A DNA stretch of 64,000 nt. Source: Epithemia pelagica (taxonomy: Eukaryota; Protista; Bacillariophyta). The DNA lies in assembly GCA_946965045.2 (NCBI GenBank), contig OX337228.1, positions 6,696,001 to 6,760,000 on the forward strand. Direction: 5' to 3'. Under the pieces are notes generated by a model, which ran no database searches, was not told the origin of the DNA, and saw only the letters and a list, made by a program, of their open reading frames with translations. Shown here piece by piece: positions 41,659 through 51,631 of this stretch; within the stretch, counting starts at the first letter, position 1; the number at the start of each line of letters is the position of its first letter. Made by a program: the position numbers and the translations under genes.

Positions 41659-44460
41659 ATGAGAACACGACGTCTCACACGAGCGAGTATGCGATCCATA
41701 CGAAAGACTACTTCAACAAACAACAATACTCAAAATAATAATGATAACAACAACGACAAGCAGGATAAAGAAGAACAGGTATCCACCACCCCGGACGCTT
41801 CCCAATTGGACGACATCCCCAACGAGGCACCCACTAGTAAGCCATCTACACCACTACAACAAATAACAAAGCCGATTGCGGATGCATCGTCGTCATCATC
41901 CTACCGACGTGTTTCGTCCAAAATTTCGGTCTTGAGTCAAGCCGATACCTGCTTTGAATTGGTACCAGAACATCGTGTTGTACCATCGATAGTGGCACCC
42001 TCAAAAGCAGAAGAAGAAACATCCTCGTCACTGACCTCGAATACATCATCATTGCCCTTTTCATCCACCAAGCCCCGACAATGCAGCCCCAACCGTGTGC
42101 GTGTGGCAGGGGAGAAACCACAATCCCCGCCGACGACTCTACACAATGGAAGTCTGTCGGAACCCGAACCAGACGTTGACTCCGACGAAGAAGAAGATGA
42201 AAAGGAACCCGTGGTTCAGCCTACCTCGACTACACGGTCGACGAGTAATAGTCCAGTGCCGAGAGGAGGAAGACCCAAGCAAACGGCGGCGGTGGCAAGT
42301 CCTTTGTCTTGGCGTAGCCGAAGCCACGGGAATCAGCCATCTCCTTCGGGTGGCTCATCATGTACCACATCGGTAGTCGAGGGTCAAAGTGTAGAGTCGA
42401 CGTACTCCTCTTCCTCATCTTTCTCATCGTTCTCGGATTCGTCGGGCCGATTCTTGTTGCAACGCATTGCACCACCCACACCCAACCGTAAAGAAAAACA
42501 GCAGAAACATGCATTGGAAGAAGACCAAGAGAACTCTCCCTCTGCACGTGGTTCCGATCCAAAACTCTCTCACAACAGCAACAAGAACGATACCATGAAG
42601 CAGAGCAAGACATTGTTTCAAGGTCGTCAACGTCGACGACGTCGAAGTTTCCGATGGAGACAAGCGAAACGATCTCCCAGAAGAGTAGACTCTCGTGAAG
42701 ATCCTTTCTTAGATGGATTGCCCTTTGTTTCAACAAAAAGCGGTGGTTTCCCTGGCAGTGCAAGTAGTGCCACTCCTGCTGTCAGTGATGACAGCAGTAG
42801 TAATAGCGCGTCCACCGGCTCAGTGGAAAGTGAGGATGATGACATTTCCCAACGCCGGAAAACACCATCTCCGCACCATACATCCTCGTCTCCTAATCGT
42901 TTGGACGGAAATGACTTTGACTTTTTTGACTCGGAGGAACATGAGGTGGAGCATGAAGAAGACAACAAAGACGAAGAAGAAGTTTCCTTATGGGACGATG
43001 TGGCGGCTGCTGCCATTTTGAGTGTGGAAAGTAGCATCGACGATGACCAAAAGAACAAGGCAAGTGGACCAGCACCGACAGAACCCACAATGGCGCATAC
43101 GGCAAGATCTTCCACCGCGGCCGTCGAATCACACAGCAACAACAACGATGCCTTGTCCACCACCTCATCCTTGACCGCAAGTACAACGAATGCGAATGCC
43201 TATACGAAAATGACTCAACTCATAAGTCGGGAACGATCCAAAAACCACCGACTCCGTCCTCGCATTCTCGCTGCTCGCTTTCGACGAAAGGGAGGAGGTA
43301 CCAAGCCAAGCAACAATATGAAGAATGACAACAAGAATGGCCCGGTCCAAGAACAAGAACATCAGCAGCAAATTCAGGGCCACCAAGGATCTGCGACAGA
43401 GACTGCATCGACGAATGCTCCCAGTGGGACTTCTCATAATGTCAAACTGGTGGACTCCCATGAAACAGGAGAACATGAGGACAAGAGTAACCATGTATCC
43501 TGGTGGAATGCTCTACCCTTCCGGAGTAAACGAAGTTCCAGTCGACAGGCAGGTTCCTCGGCTCGTACCAATCAACACTCTTCAGCAGAAGAGCACATAA
43601 AACAACAACTCATGGACGTTCAGTCGGATGCGGCCAGTGTGGCAAGTGGTTTATTTTACGATGCCATTCACCCCCTCATGGGGGTCTGGTCTAACACGTC
43701 TACGCAATGCGCCGTCGATGTCAATGGCTACGTCTTTGCGGATGCAGAAGACGAGGTTCGAAATGATGCTCCCGTGATTCATGACCGGTATCAAGTTGCA
43801 GTAGGAGAAGAGAATAATGATGCTCCTCGAGATACAGCCGAACTCGATGGGGACAAGGAAAAGCCATCTTCTGCGACAGCCTCGACCACTTCGTCCATGC
43901 CAACCTTGGTTCGACATGGCAATGGAGGTCGGACTCATCGTAGTATTGCCGAATATTATCGTCAAGGAACCGCCATGGGAAGTCTCTTTAGCTCTGCTGC
44001 TGCGTCCTTTGACGCAACAACGGTGGATCACGACAAGGGGTGTTGTGCCATGACCTTTTTGCCTGATTCCATGGAACCTCCTCCTCGTGTTGCAGGAAGG
44101 ATGCCCCAAAACAAGAGATTACCCTTTCCGCGAAGGAACCGCGATCGCTACACTACAGACAACATGATAGCAGAAGAGGAAGAAGACGATGGTATTCTTG
44201 TCACGGACGAGAAATCATCCTCGTCTTCCCCAACAGCAAAGCATACACCCTCTACTACAAGATCTACAACAAGAGATCTTGGCGAAGAAGACGACCCATG
44301 TGACGAAGGATCCCAATATTCCCAAGGAGAGGATCCATCCTGTACATCCAGTGCCTTTCCTTCACAGTATAGTACGGTTTCCTATTATGTCGATGAACTT
44401 GAGCCAATTGCTGCTTCATATACAATGTATTCCTTTGCCGTCCGGCCAGGTGACGAATAA
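41659..44460 (+). CDS. Intronless ~933-aa intrinsically disordered protein
   Basis: First in-frame ATG at 41659 (MRTRRLTRASMRS) within the 961-codon ORF; no domain recognised. Confidence 0.8.
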   Translation: MRTRRLTRASMRSIRKTTSTNNNTQNNNDNNNDKQDKEEQVSTTPDASQLDDIPNEAPTSKPSTPLQQITKPIADASSSSSYRRVSSKISVLSQADTCFELVPEHRVVPSIVAPSKAEEETSSSLTSNTSSLPFSSTKPRQCSPNRVRVAGEKPQSPPTTLHNGSLSEPEPDVDSDEEEDEKEPVVQPTSTTRSTSNSPVPRGGRPKQTAAVASPLSWRSRSHGNQPSPSGGSSCTTSVVEGQSVESTYSSSSSFSSFSDSSGRFLLQRIAPPTPNRKEKQQKHALEEDQENSPSARGSDPKLSHNSNKNDTMKQSKTLFQGRQRRRRRSFRWRQAKRSPRRVDSREDPFLDGLPFVSTKSGGFPGSASSATPAVSDDSSSNSASTGSVESEDDDISQRRKTPSPHHTSSSPNRLDGNDFDFFDSEEHEVEHEEDNKDEEEVSLWDDVAAAAILSVESSIDDDQKNKASGPAPTEPTMAHTARSSTAAVESHSNNNDALSTTSSLTASTTNANAYTKMTQLISRERSKNHRLRPRILAARFRRKGGGTKPSNNMKNDNKNGPVQEQEHQQQIQGHQGSATETASTNAPSGTSHNVKLVDSHETGEHEDKSNHVSWWNALPFRSKRSSSRQAGSSARTNQHSSAEEHIKQQLMDVQSDAASVASGLFYDAIHPLMGVWSNTSTQCAVDVNGYVFADAEDEVRNDAPVIHDRYQVAVGEENNDAPRDTAELDGDKEKPSSATASTTSSMPTLVRHGNGGRTHRSIAEYYRQGTAMGSLFSSAAASFDATTVDHDKGCCAMTFLPDSMEPPPRVAGRMPQNKRLPFPRRNRDRYTTDNMIAEEEEDDGILVTDEKSSSSSPTAKHTPSTTRSTTRDLGEEDDPCDEGSQYSQGEDPSCTSSAFPSQYSTVSYYVDELEPIAASYTMYSFAVRPGDE

Positions 44461-44766
44461 AACGAAGGATTTCGACTGAAGGGGGACGAAACGGGTGGTT
44501 GAAACTAGAGAGCTGTCTCATGGAAGAGGAACACCTCACTGGTATTCGCGAGGGGAGGGCACGTTCGGAAGGAGAAGTGGAGCAGATCATAATACATATA
44601 AGATAATGAGGAATTCAACTTAGCGGCCTCTTTCAAGAGAGACTTTAAGGGGGTTAGGTCCACCACTGGAAGGTAAAGTCTACGACTATCTAGAGCTATC
44701 ATTGATTTGGATGGAAGCCTTAGCGAGACGGGAAGTTGACCGAGTTCACTTATCAGCATACCATTA

Positions 44767-45652
44767 ATGGACTTTGTGCATCCCTTGGAATGTCAGATCC
44801 GTGAGGATTGATGCTGGAACGAGGAAGCTGGCTTTCAGTTGCTCCATGGAGTATTGCATGTGGACTCAGAAACGTCAAACAGCGACGTAGTTGAATTTAT
44901 CATTCGACGAAACCGTGACGATGTTGTGGCCATGTACATTGGCAATGTTTCCATGACAACACTCCTTGCCCTTGAGTTTGCGAATGATGAATGCAAGCAG
45001 GAGTTGGTGGAGAATGGGGATTTTGCGTTTGGCGATGGCACATTTTGGTCTCAGAGTACGGCGGCCATGTCCATTGTGAGACATGATGTTAAAAGTACTG
45101 ATTGGTCTTGTCGCCTAACGGGTTTGGCCAAGTGTTTTTGAAATCGGATTGTTTTGATATGGGAAATCGTTAATACCGAAGATGACAGTAACGAACACCA
45201 ACAAGGGTTCGCACCATGTGGACCGAAGTTTAGCGGGAGGTGACGCCGAACAAGAACCAGACCCCAATGTCTTGCAAGGTGGCACTGGCTATCATTTGCG
45301 AATCTGGTCCAATGGAGCACGAACGCCCAAAGGTGTAGAACCGGATGGAACTGGCCAATTCATGCCTTTTTGACAGCGTTCTCCAATTAGTCCATCCAAG
45401 CAAAAAATCCTCAACTTGAACTTTGACAATACTCCGGCTGTGGATGGAGTCCTCCCCTATCTCTTGGAAGGAAAGGCCGTCTTGGCGCGAACTATTGTTC
45501 CCATCCCTGTCATGCAACAGCAAGCTGCTTCCAACCTGAAAATTGGACAATATCGTCACAATTACGAAGAAACCGTGCAAGATCCGATCAAAGGACTGGT
45601 CAACCAGGATGCCAAGGAACCAGCCGTGGCACTACACGCCAAGGTCCAATAA
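44767..45652 (+). pseudogene. Possible decayed gene of unknown family
   Basis: MDFVHPLECQIRED*CWNEEAGFQLLHGVLHVD.. reads through an in-frame TGA at 44809. Further protein-like pieces lie in ORFs 45182-45373 and 45416-45652. Confidence 0.3.
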
Positions 45653-46675
45653 AAGGGAATGGCTTGTTGTGTATCTTGTTGTTGTCGCTTGACGTGTGCC
45701 ACGAGTTGCTCGTAAAAGAGAAAAAAGAATCCCGAATAGGTACCAAAGGACAAGAGTGTCGCTCCATATCCCTCGTACAAGGCGAGAATGCCTTCCGTTC
45801 TAGCAATGGTTCGAATGGAATCCGCACTGCCCGCATAGGCCATCCTGTCGGTACCATGTTGGGTTTGCAATCGTTCTTTAATGACATCGACCGGAAAATA
45901 AATGATGCAAGCAATCGCTTCAGCAATCATGCCAGACGAAAAGGAAATACCAAAGTCTACCAAGAGCGGGGAGGAAGAAGACCCATTCAACTGTCGTTGC
46001 CTTGTTGCCGTCAAGTGTTCCTGGGCCCAATCGTAGTGCGCAGATAAGAATAATAATGATATCGTTCTACATGTTTGATCGGTCACTAGAGGGCAGGGAG
46101 TCGGGCGTCTTGAAAGTGGCTGCAACGACGAGGACGACGAGGACGACGAATCCATCAGTCCAGTCCAGTCCAGTCCAGTCCAGTCCATGATGTTGGATGA
46201 ATTGGAATTTGTCGTGTTGCTCCATGATGCTTGTTTGCTCCATGATGCTTGTGGTTGTAGGTATTGGAATGTGATGGTTTAGCTTCATGTTTGTTGTTGT
46301 ATCTTATATCCAGTCGACAGGAACAAACAAGTCGTCACGTCACAAGTGAATGCTCTCTTGGTGCAACCGGTCCTGTGTCCTTATCATCCACAACCGGTCC
46401 TCTGGGTGTCAACTCGAACGAAATGAAAACACCAATTGGCACGAGTATAGTCGTCGTCACCCAAACCAGAGTCCATGGTGTACCGGTCTCTAAGCGGTGT
46501 TGCCTTTTGTACATAGGTGGACGACATTGTGGTGGCCTGTACCCACCCGTGTGTCTAGTGTACGATTCGAGTGCCGTGCGAGAATCCCCAGACGATCCTT
46601 TCGTGTGGTTGTGGTGGTTGTTGGTGTTGTACTTGTCATATTCGACACTATTGTTGTTTTGACATTCGTATCCAT
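45562..46675 (-). pseudogene. Degraded, 3'-truncated mitochondrial carrier (SLC25) gene
   Basis: Repeat 2 signature YFPVDVIKERLQ..EGILALYEGYGATL is intact. Repeat 1 survives only as the remnant GILAR..TLDT. Repeat 3 breaks right after AGSLASWLTSPL, before the D-x-x-K-x-R of the signature. Confidence 0.7.
46156..46185. repeat. (CAGTC)6 pentanucleotide microsatellite
   Basis: Seen directly. Confidence 0.9.
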
Positions 46676-46864
46676 GTCCAAACCGCAATCCTCCCATTTC
46701 AACAATGCCATGAAAAGCCACTATTCGCATTGCCTTCCGTTCGATTCAAAGGGCGGACAAACGCAGCTATGGAGAAAGAAGAAAACAGTCACGTTTGACA
46801 CGCACAAGAGATCTTCTTTCTTTCGGGACGGTCATCGCCATGAGAAGAGTGCTTTGCAGTCGAT

Positions 46865-48858
46865 CTAGGACTTGCGTATGTGAACACACCTCATAACTTT
46901 TATACAGCGAAGGAGCGTAGAGGACGGAGACACGTACAGTGATGAGTGGTTGGGTCGATCGGTCCTTCTCGACACAAAGTATGAGCAATCCAACACTCCA
47001 GCAAAGACGCCATGAATGGCCGCCTGAGGCGACGACGACAGAGCATGAGAATGACTCATGCCTCCCCTATGAGGTGGAATTACTGCTGATAGTTCCTGGT
47101 CCTGGTCGTCCGTCGGTTTCTCGTCGGACAGTACATGGGGTGTTTGAGCGGCCAGTTTCCAATCGTCAGCGTCCATGCGTCGCAATCGTGCCACGATGCG
47201 ACTCAATCGTTCCATGGCAATGTCCAACACATAGGCTGAGACCCAGGCATAGCAAATGCGAAACATGCCGGGTTCGACCTTGCGTTGACTGGCACTGGGC
47301 GTCCAGACAACGCGGGCATGATGAAACAAAATGGTGGACGACAAGATTCTTCCCATTCCAAAGTCTTTTCCGGCAACAAGGACGAAACATTGGCATGGAC
47401 CAACACGCCTGCCACGGCCAGAATGTACGGAATGACCATTTCGGTTAATTGGGCCACACAGGAATCATTGCTAGCATTGAGACGACGACGGGACTCGGCC
47501 AGAAAGAAACCGACATAGATGTCGTCCGTCAACAACTCGGCCACCAAGTACTATTGTTGTAGTATCGAGTCAAGATTTCAATAGCACAAAGAAAGAGAGA
47601 GACACAAACCATGAGTGGAACAACCAGGTAGATATAGCACCGACAAACAATCACAGCATATGGTTTGAATAAATATACACACACCTGGCGACTTCCTTAC
47701 TTACTTGAATGGGTCCACTGACGCAAGTAAAAATGAAAAGAGTAGAAGCCAATCCTTCCATTAATACTAGATTGTGGGTATACAAGAGACCACACCGCAA
47801 GTCACTGGCCCCAAAATCTTTGGATACGGCCCACAAGACATGGACATCTCACACTTTGAAACCGCTTCGTTTGTTTCCAAGAGGACAACGAGGAAAAGGT
47901 TGTCGTCATGGAGGAAGACTGAATAGCAGTAGAGGAGGTGGACGATGGCAGTGGATTGTCTTTTGTGTCTTCTTCCTCCTCCTCGTTTTTGTCTTGATCC
48001 TTGTCGTCTAGGGAGTAATGGGTACTCAGAGCGTAAATTTCATCCACCACAATGTGCAATTAATGTTGTCGTGCTCAGGCAATGGTCCGTCGTAGGATAT
48101 GGGGTGGATGAATCGTTCCCAAGGGATTGTTGGGAATAGTCAAGAGCAAAAATTTGACAACATTCTTTTTTCGTTTTTGTGGAGTCTTTTTGTGCTTGCA
48201 ATTCACGAGTGGCTGTTTCGTACGCCTGATCGAGTTCATCAATGGTGTGGGTCCGAGCCAGGGTCGGGCTTGCGGAATGCCTCGCGGTTGAATTTGGGTC
48301 ATGAGATTGATATCGTTTTCAAAGGCGACATATAGTAGGGTTGAGGAATCAAACAGACATCGCCTGGTTCTCCCAGTAGAAAAAAGACATGATTGATCAA
48401 GGCGGCACATCCGGCTCCCAAGCCAATGCATTTGGGAGGAATGTCTTGGAGCGCTTGTTCCGGCGTCAAGACCCCGTTGTCGGTTTCGTCCTGGTCATCC
48501 TGTTCCTCCACAGCAGGGTTGGATGCGGCGACACTCAAATTGCCACCCCTGGTAGTTCGCAAAAGACCACTGGACCCGTTGGTTCGCCGTGTCGTCGTCC
48601 CGTTCGAGTCCATTCTTCTTTGGTTTCTTGTTTGCTTTGTTGTGGTTGTCGCGTTTCCCACGTCCCCCATTTATAAAATGGCGGGCCAGCCAAAAAGTAG
48701 GCCGCAGCTTCGCGGGCCACGGCCGCCGTTGCTAGTTGTTGCCATCCACTCAACCATTCCGCCAACAAGTTCAAGACCAATTTGTTTTCCGCCACACAGA
48801 GGGCAATAAACCCCTGCCGCTGTCGACGCTGACCAAGAGTAGTCGTCGTCGTCGTCAA
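46865..48858 (-). pseudogene. ACC-synthase-like PLP-dependent aminotransferase (class I/II) pseudogene
   Basis: Ordered motifs GFIALCVAENKL, AREAAAYFLA, IGLGAGC..GDVCLIPQPYY, LLLTIPNNPLG, HIVVDEIYALS, WAVSKDFGASDLR and EPGMFRICYAWV are spread over several frames. In-frame stops at 48075-48077 and 48060-48062; intron remnant GTAAGT..TAG near 47706-47551. Confidence 0.85.
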
Positions 48859-49239
48859 AGAAGTAGTAGCATGCTCGTGGTGCTGGTTGTCAGTGTTGTT
48901 GTTGTTGTCATTGTGGGATGGTGGCTCGGTCGAAATGATAGAGGAATTCTATACTTTATACCGTTGTGTTTTGTTGTATGGAAAAGCCATTCGGGTTGTG
49001 TGGAAGAATGGTCCGCATACATATGGCATCCGTATAATACATCCAACCAACCAACCAAACACACGCGCACACAAGAAAAAACCACAGCAGCTGCAGTAGT
49101 TTCCAAAAAAAAGAAGAAGAACAACAACAAGAACAAAAAAGAAACAATGAAGTTTCTACCAGTCGCGAAATGTTTATTTCGTTTCCAACCAACCAACCAA
49201 CCAACAAGACGTACCGCCAAACAATGCAAAAAGTGATGC

Positions 49240-49715
49240 AAATAGGGAATGGGCGGTACCAAGGCAGCTTGTCCTCGACTGTCCACGACCGGAACAACTG
49301 TTTCGGTTTCTTTTGGTGGTTGTCGTCGATCCGTGTACAAGGTGGAACATCGTTCGTGACGAGGAACGTGTCGGCCCGACCAGGACGACGACGACGACTG
49401 TGGTCGTTGTTGTTTGGGGTCTTGTTGGTCTTGTCGTCGTCGATGATTCATTCACAGCGTGTCCCAAACTCCACTCATCACAAAGGCCGTCCATCGAATC
49501 AGCGTGGCATCGTCCAGGTGGTTGTGCTTCCTGCTGTTCGTGGTCCAAGCAGGACGAGAAGAACGAGCCGTCTGAACAGCATTCCACACGCTATGAGTCC
49601 ATCGAGACACTGGGTGTTGTGGCAAGTGGCACTGTCGTTACAGTCGTGGTGGTGCCGGTGGTTGAGGTTGTCGTTGTTGTCGTCATGGTGCAAAGCAAGA
49701 AATCGGACCATGCCA
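49240..49715 (-). pseudogene. Possible decayed gene for a Cys-containing disordered protein
   Basis: MAWSDFLLCT..SMDS*RVECCSDGSFFSSCLD reads through an in-frame TAG; KPKQLFRSWTVEDKLPW follows in another frame. Weak. Confidence 0.25.
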
Positions 49716-49926
49716 TTGTCCTAGAAAGAAAAAGATATATCGAATGTCTTTGTCTCTCGTTCTTCGTGTGAGACCGTAACGCGACCAACTTGAGGGGGTG
49801 CTCCTGCGCGACGGACGGACGGTTCAGACTCTCAGACCCGTGCCACGTACCCCAAGACCGGTGAACGGTAGTGTACTGTAGTATTATTTTGTTCAAGGAC
49901 GTACAGTTTATAATGTTATCAAAGCG

Positions 49927-50491
49927 CTAGGTTGTTGCGCGTGCGGCGGGCCTCTGAAACAACAATCGTAAACGATCGTGTAACCTACGCCATGTTTGCT
50001 TGTCCGAATTGCTTTTTCCTCGAATGAAGATGGTGTGTAATGAAAGTTCTACTTTAGCAATGGGTAAACGATTCAACAGTTCTATGGATAGGTATGTATA
50101 GAGCAACTTTGTAGAAGCGTTTACCCATCGGACCATAGCATCTTCTGTTATCTCGGGGAGTAGTGGTAGGCATGTTTGAAAGGCCCGCTGAGCCAGCACG
50201 GGTGATCAGTGCTTTTGCGAGTGCCCTGCAAGATGAAAAGCTCATGAGAGCTTTCCATTTTGCAACCCCAAGCCCCAAGTCCCAATGGATAGCTCGGGAA
50301 GCATAAGCTGCTTGCAGAAGACAACGACAAGGTGGAGAATGAGCAGGCATCAAAGTTTGCTCCGCGTCGATCATCGCAACAAAACGAAAAACATCGAGCT
50401 CACTTTTCTGCATCACCGCTCTCTCTACTCGTACACATTGACCTATAGTTTTTATTGTGATACTATTTTTCTTAGAGTCGAAAGTTGGCAC
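49927..50491 (-). pseudogene. Possible fragmented helical-protein gene
   Basis: Protein-like overlapping ORFs 50054-50491 (KSELDVFRFVAMID..) and 49927-50199 (EDAMVRWVN..WRRLHDRLRLLF) lie in different frames; family not recognised. Confidence 0.25.
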
Positions 50492-50513
50492 GTGCCAAAT
50501 CCTCTGTAGTAGA

Positions 50514-50610
50514 GTACCAAATACCTGTTTTCAGTACCCCGTGGCGTACGTGTGCGCCGTGCCCCGTACGCTTCAACCCTCGTACCCGCCCCCGTTTAGG
50601 GGGGGGTACG
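50514..50610. other. GTAC-rich segment with two GC-rich hairpins
   Basis: GTAC at 50514, 50534, 50546, 50566, 50582 and 50606. Hairpin CGTACCC-G-CCCCC/GTTTA/GGGGG-GGGTACG at 50581-50610, plus a smaller GGCGTAC-GT-GTGCGCC. Confidence 0.7.
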
Positions 50611-51112
50611 TGCTTGTGCTTGGGGGTTAAACTCTCTAGCGGGTATCAGCAAGAGAGTAACGTGATACTACGTAATGTATGTGGTTTGCGACAGACAGCT
50701 TTTGCTGGAACAAGGTTTTATGACTCTTCCTCCATATATATCTGAGACACAGTCCGACATCCATCCGACGTCCGTTCCGTACATCGATTGCCGAGACGAA
50801 CGACACTGCTCCCAAAAGTAAACGGTATGACCAAGACCAAGACAAACACTACACCCAGAAAGATTCTAAGATCCTCTCTACAAAGATCGATCGTGCGTAT
50901 TTCGCCTGCTTCCGAGCCAAATAGAAAGCGAGGCCTTATCAGACAACATACTACCTACCCAACTCCGTATATTTGTGAGTGCGAGATTCATTCGGACAGT
51001 CCTCCAGAATCGATCGATCGAGTCCAGTTCTGTTCATTACGAAAGGTCCAGCCTAGCAACGAGTCGGGGACAATCGATTTCCCCATTGGACGTCACCACA
51101 ACAACAACACTC

Positions 51113-51631
51113 ATGGCATCCTCGTACGAGTCGTCTCCGCCATGGGCCAGTTCCCATACGAACAACGGAGGCAAGGTACAAGTCGGAGATGTTGACATGG
51201 AACAACCAGGCGCCTCGGCATCGACGCCCTACCATGTCGGCGTCACATGTTGTGGTCGAACGTGGCAATACGCCGTGATTGGAGTCAATGCCACCTCCAT
51301 TGTGCTCATGATCCTCTCCACCTTGCTGCTCGTGGTCAATGGCGGAGAGGTCATGGTCCAATACCATTATGCCAGCAGCAAGGACGAAGTCCAAGCCATT
51401 GGTCTCCTTGTCCTAATCGATTTGGTATTCATGTCGCTCTTTGCCGTGGGTATTTATGGAGCCGTCAAGTTTCATCAATGCCTCGTCATGGTCCCCCTCA
51501 GTGTCTATATGGTCTTTCTCCTCATTGGTTTGGTCACGTCTCAATTGGCGGCTTTGATTTGGCTCTTTTTTGCCATTCCCCATCTGTTACTCATCCGAGA
51601 GATTCGTCGGGGTGTGACCTATTCGCAATAA
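51113..51631 (+). CDS. Small four-TM membrane protein (~172 aa), unknown function
   Basis: ATG 51113; Cys pair (TCCG) before TM1; four hydrophobic segments; GIYGAVKF; ends HLLLIREIRRG. Confidence 0.75.
   Translation: MASSYESSPPWASSHTNNGGKVQVGDVDMEQPGASASTPYHVGVTCCGRTWQYAVIGVNATSIVLMILSTLLLVVNGGEVMVQYHYASSKDEVQAIGLLVLIDLVFMSLFAVGIYGAVKFHQCLVMVPLSVYMVFLLIGLVTSQLAALIWLFFAIPHLLLIREIRRGVTYSQ

Noticed and set aside
41379-41738. 119-aa ORF overlapping the start of the 933-aa gene
   Set aside because: It starts at a non-ATG codon and overlaps the long ORF in another frame; more likely promoter/5' UTR, though an alternative 5' exon cannot be excluded.
50581-50640. Helitron 3' end (hairpin plus CTAG)
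   Set aside because: CTAG is ~25 nt from the hairpin and is not followed by T, and no Rep/helicase sequence is nearby.
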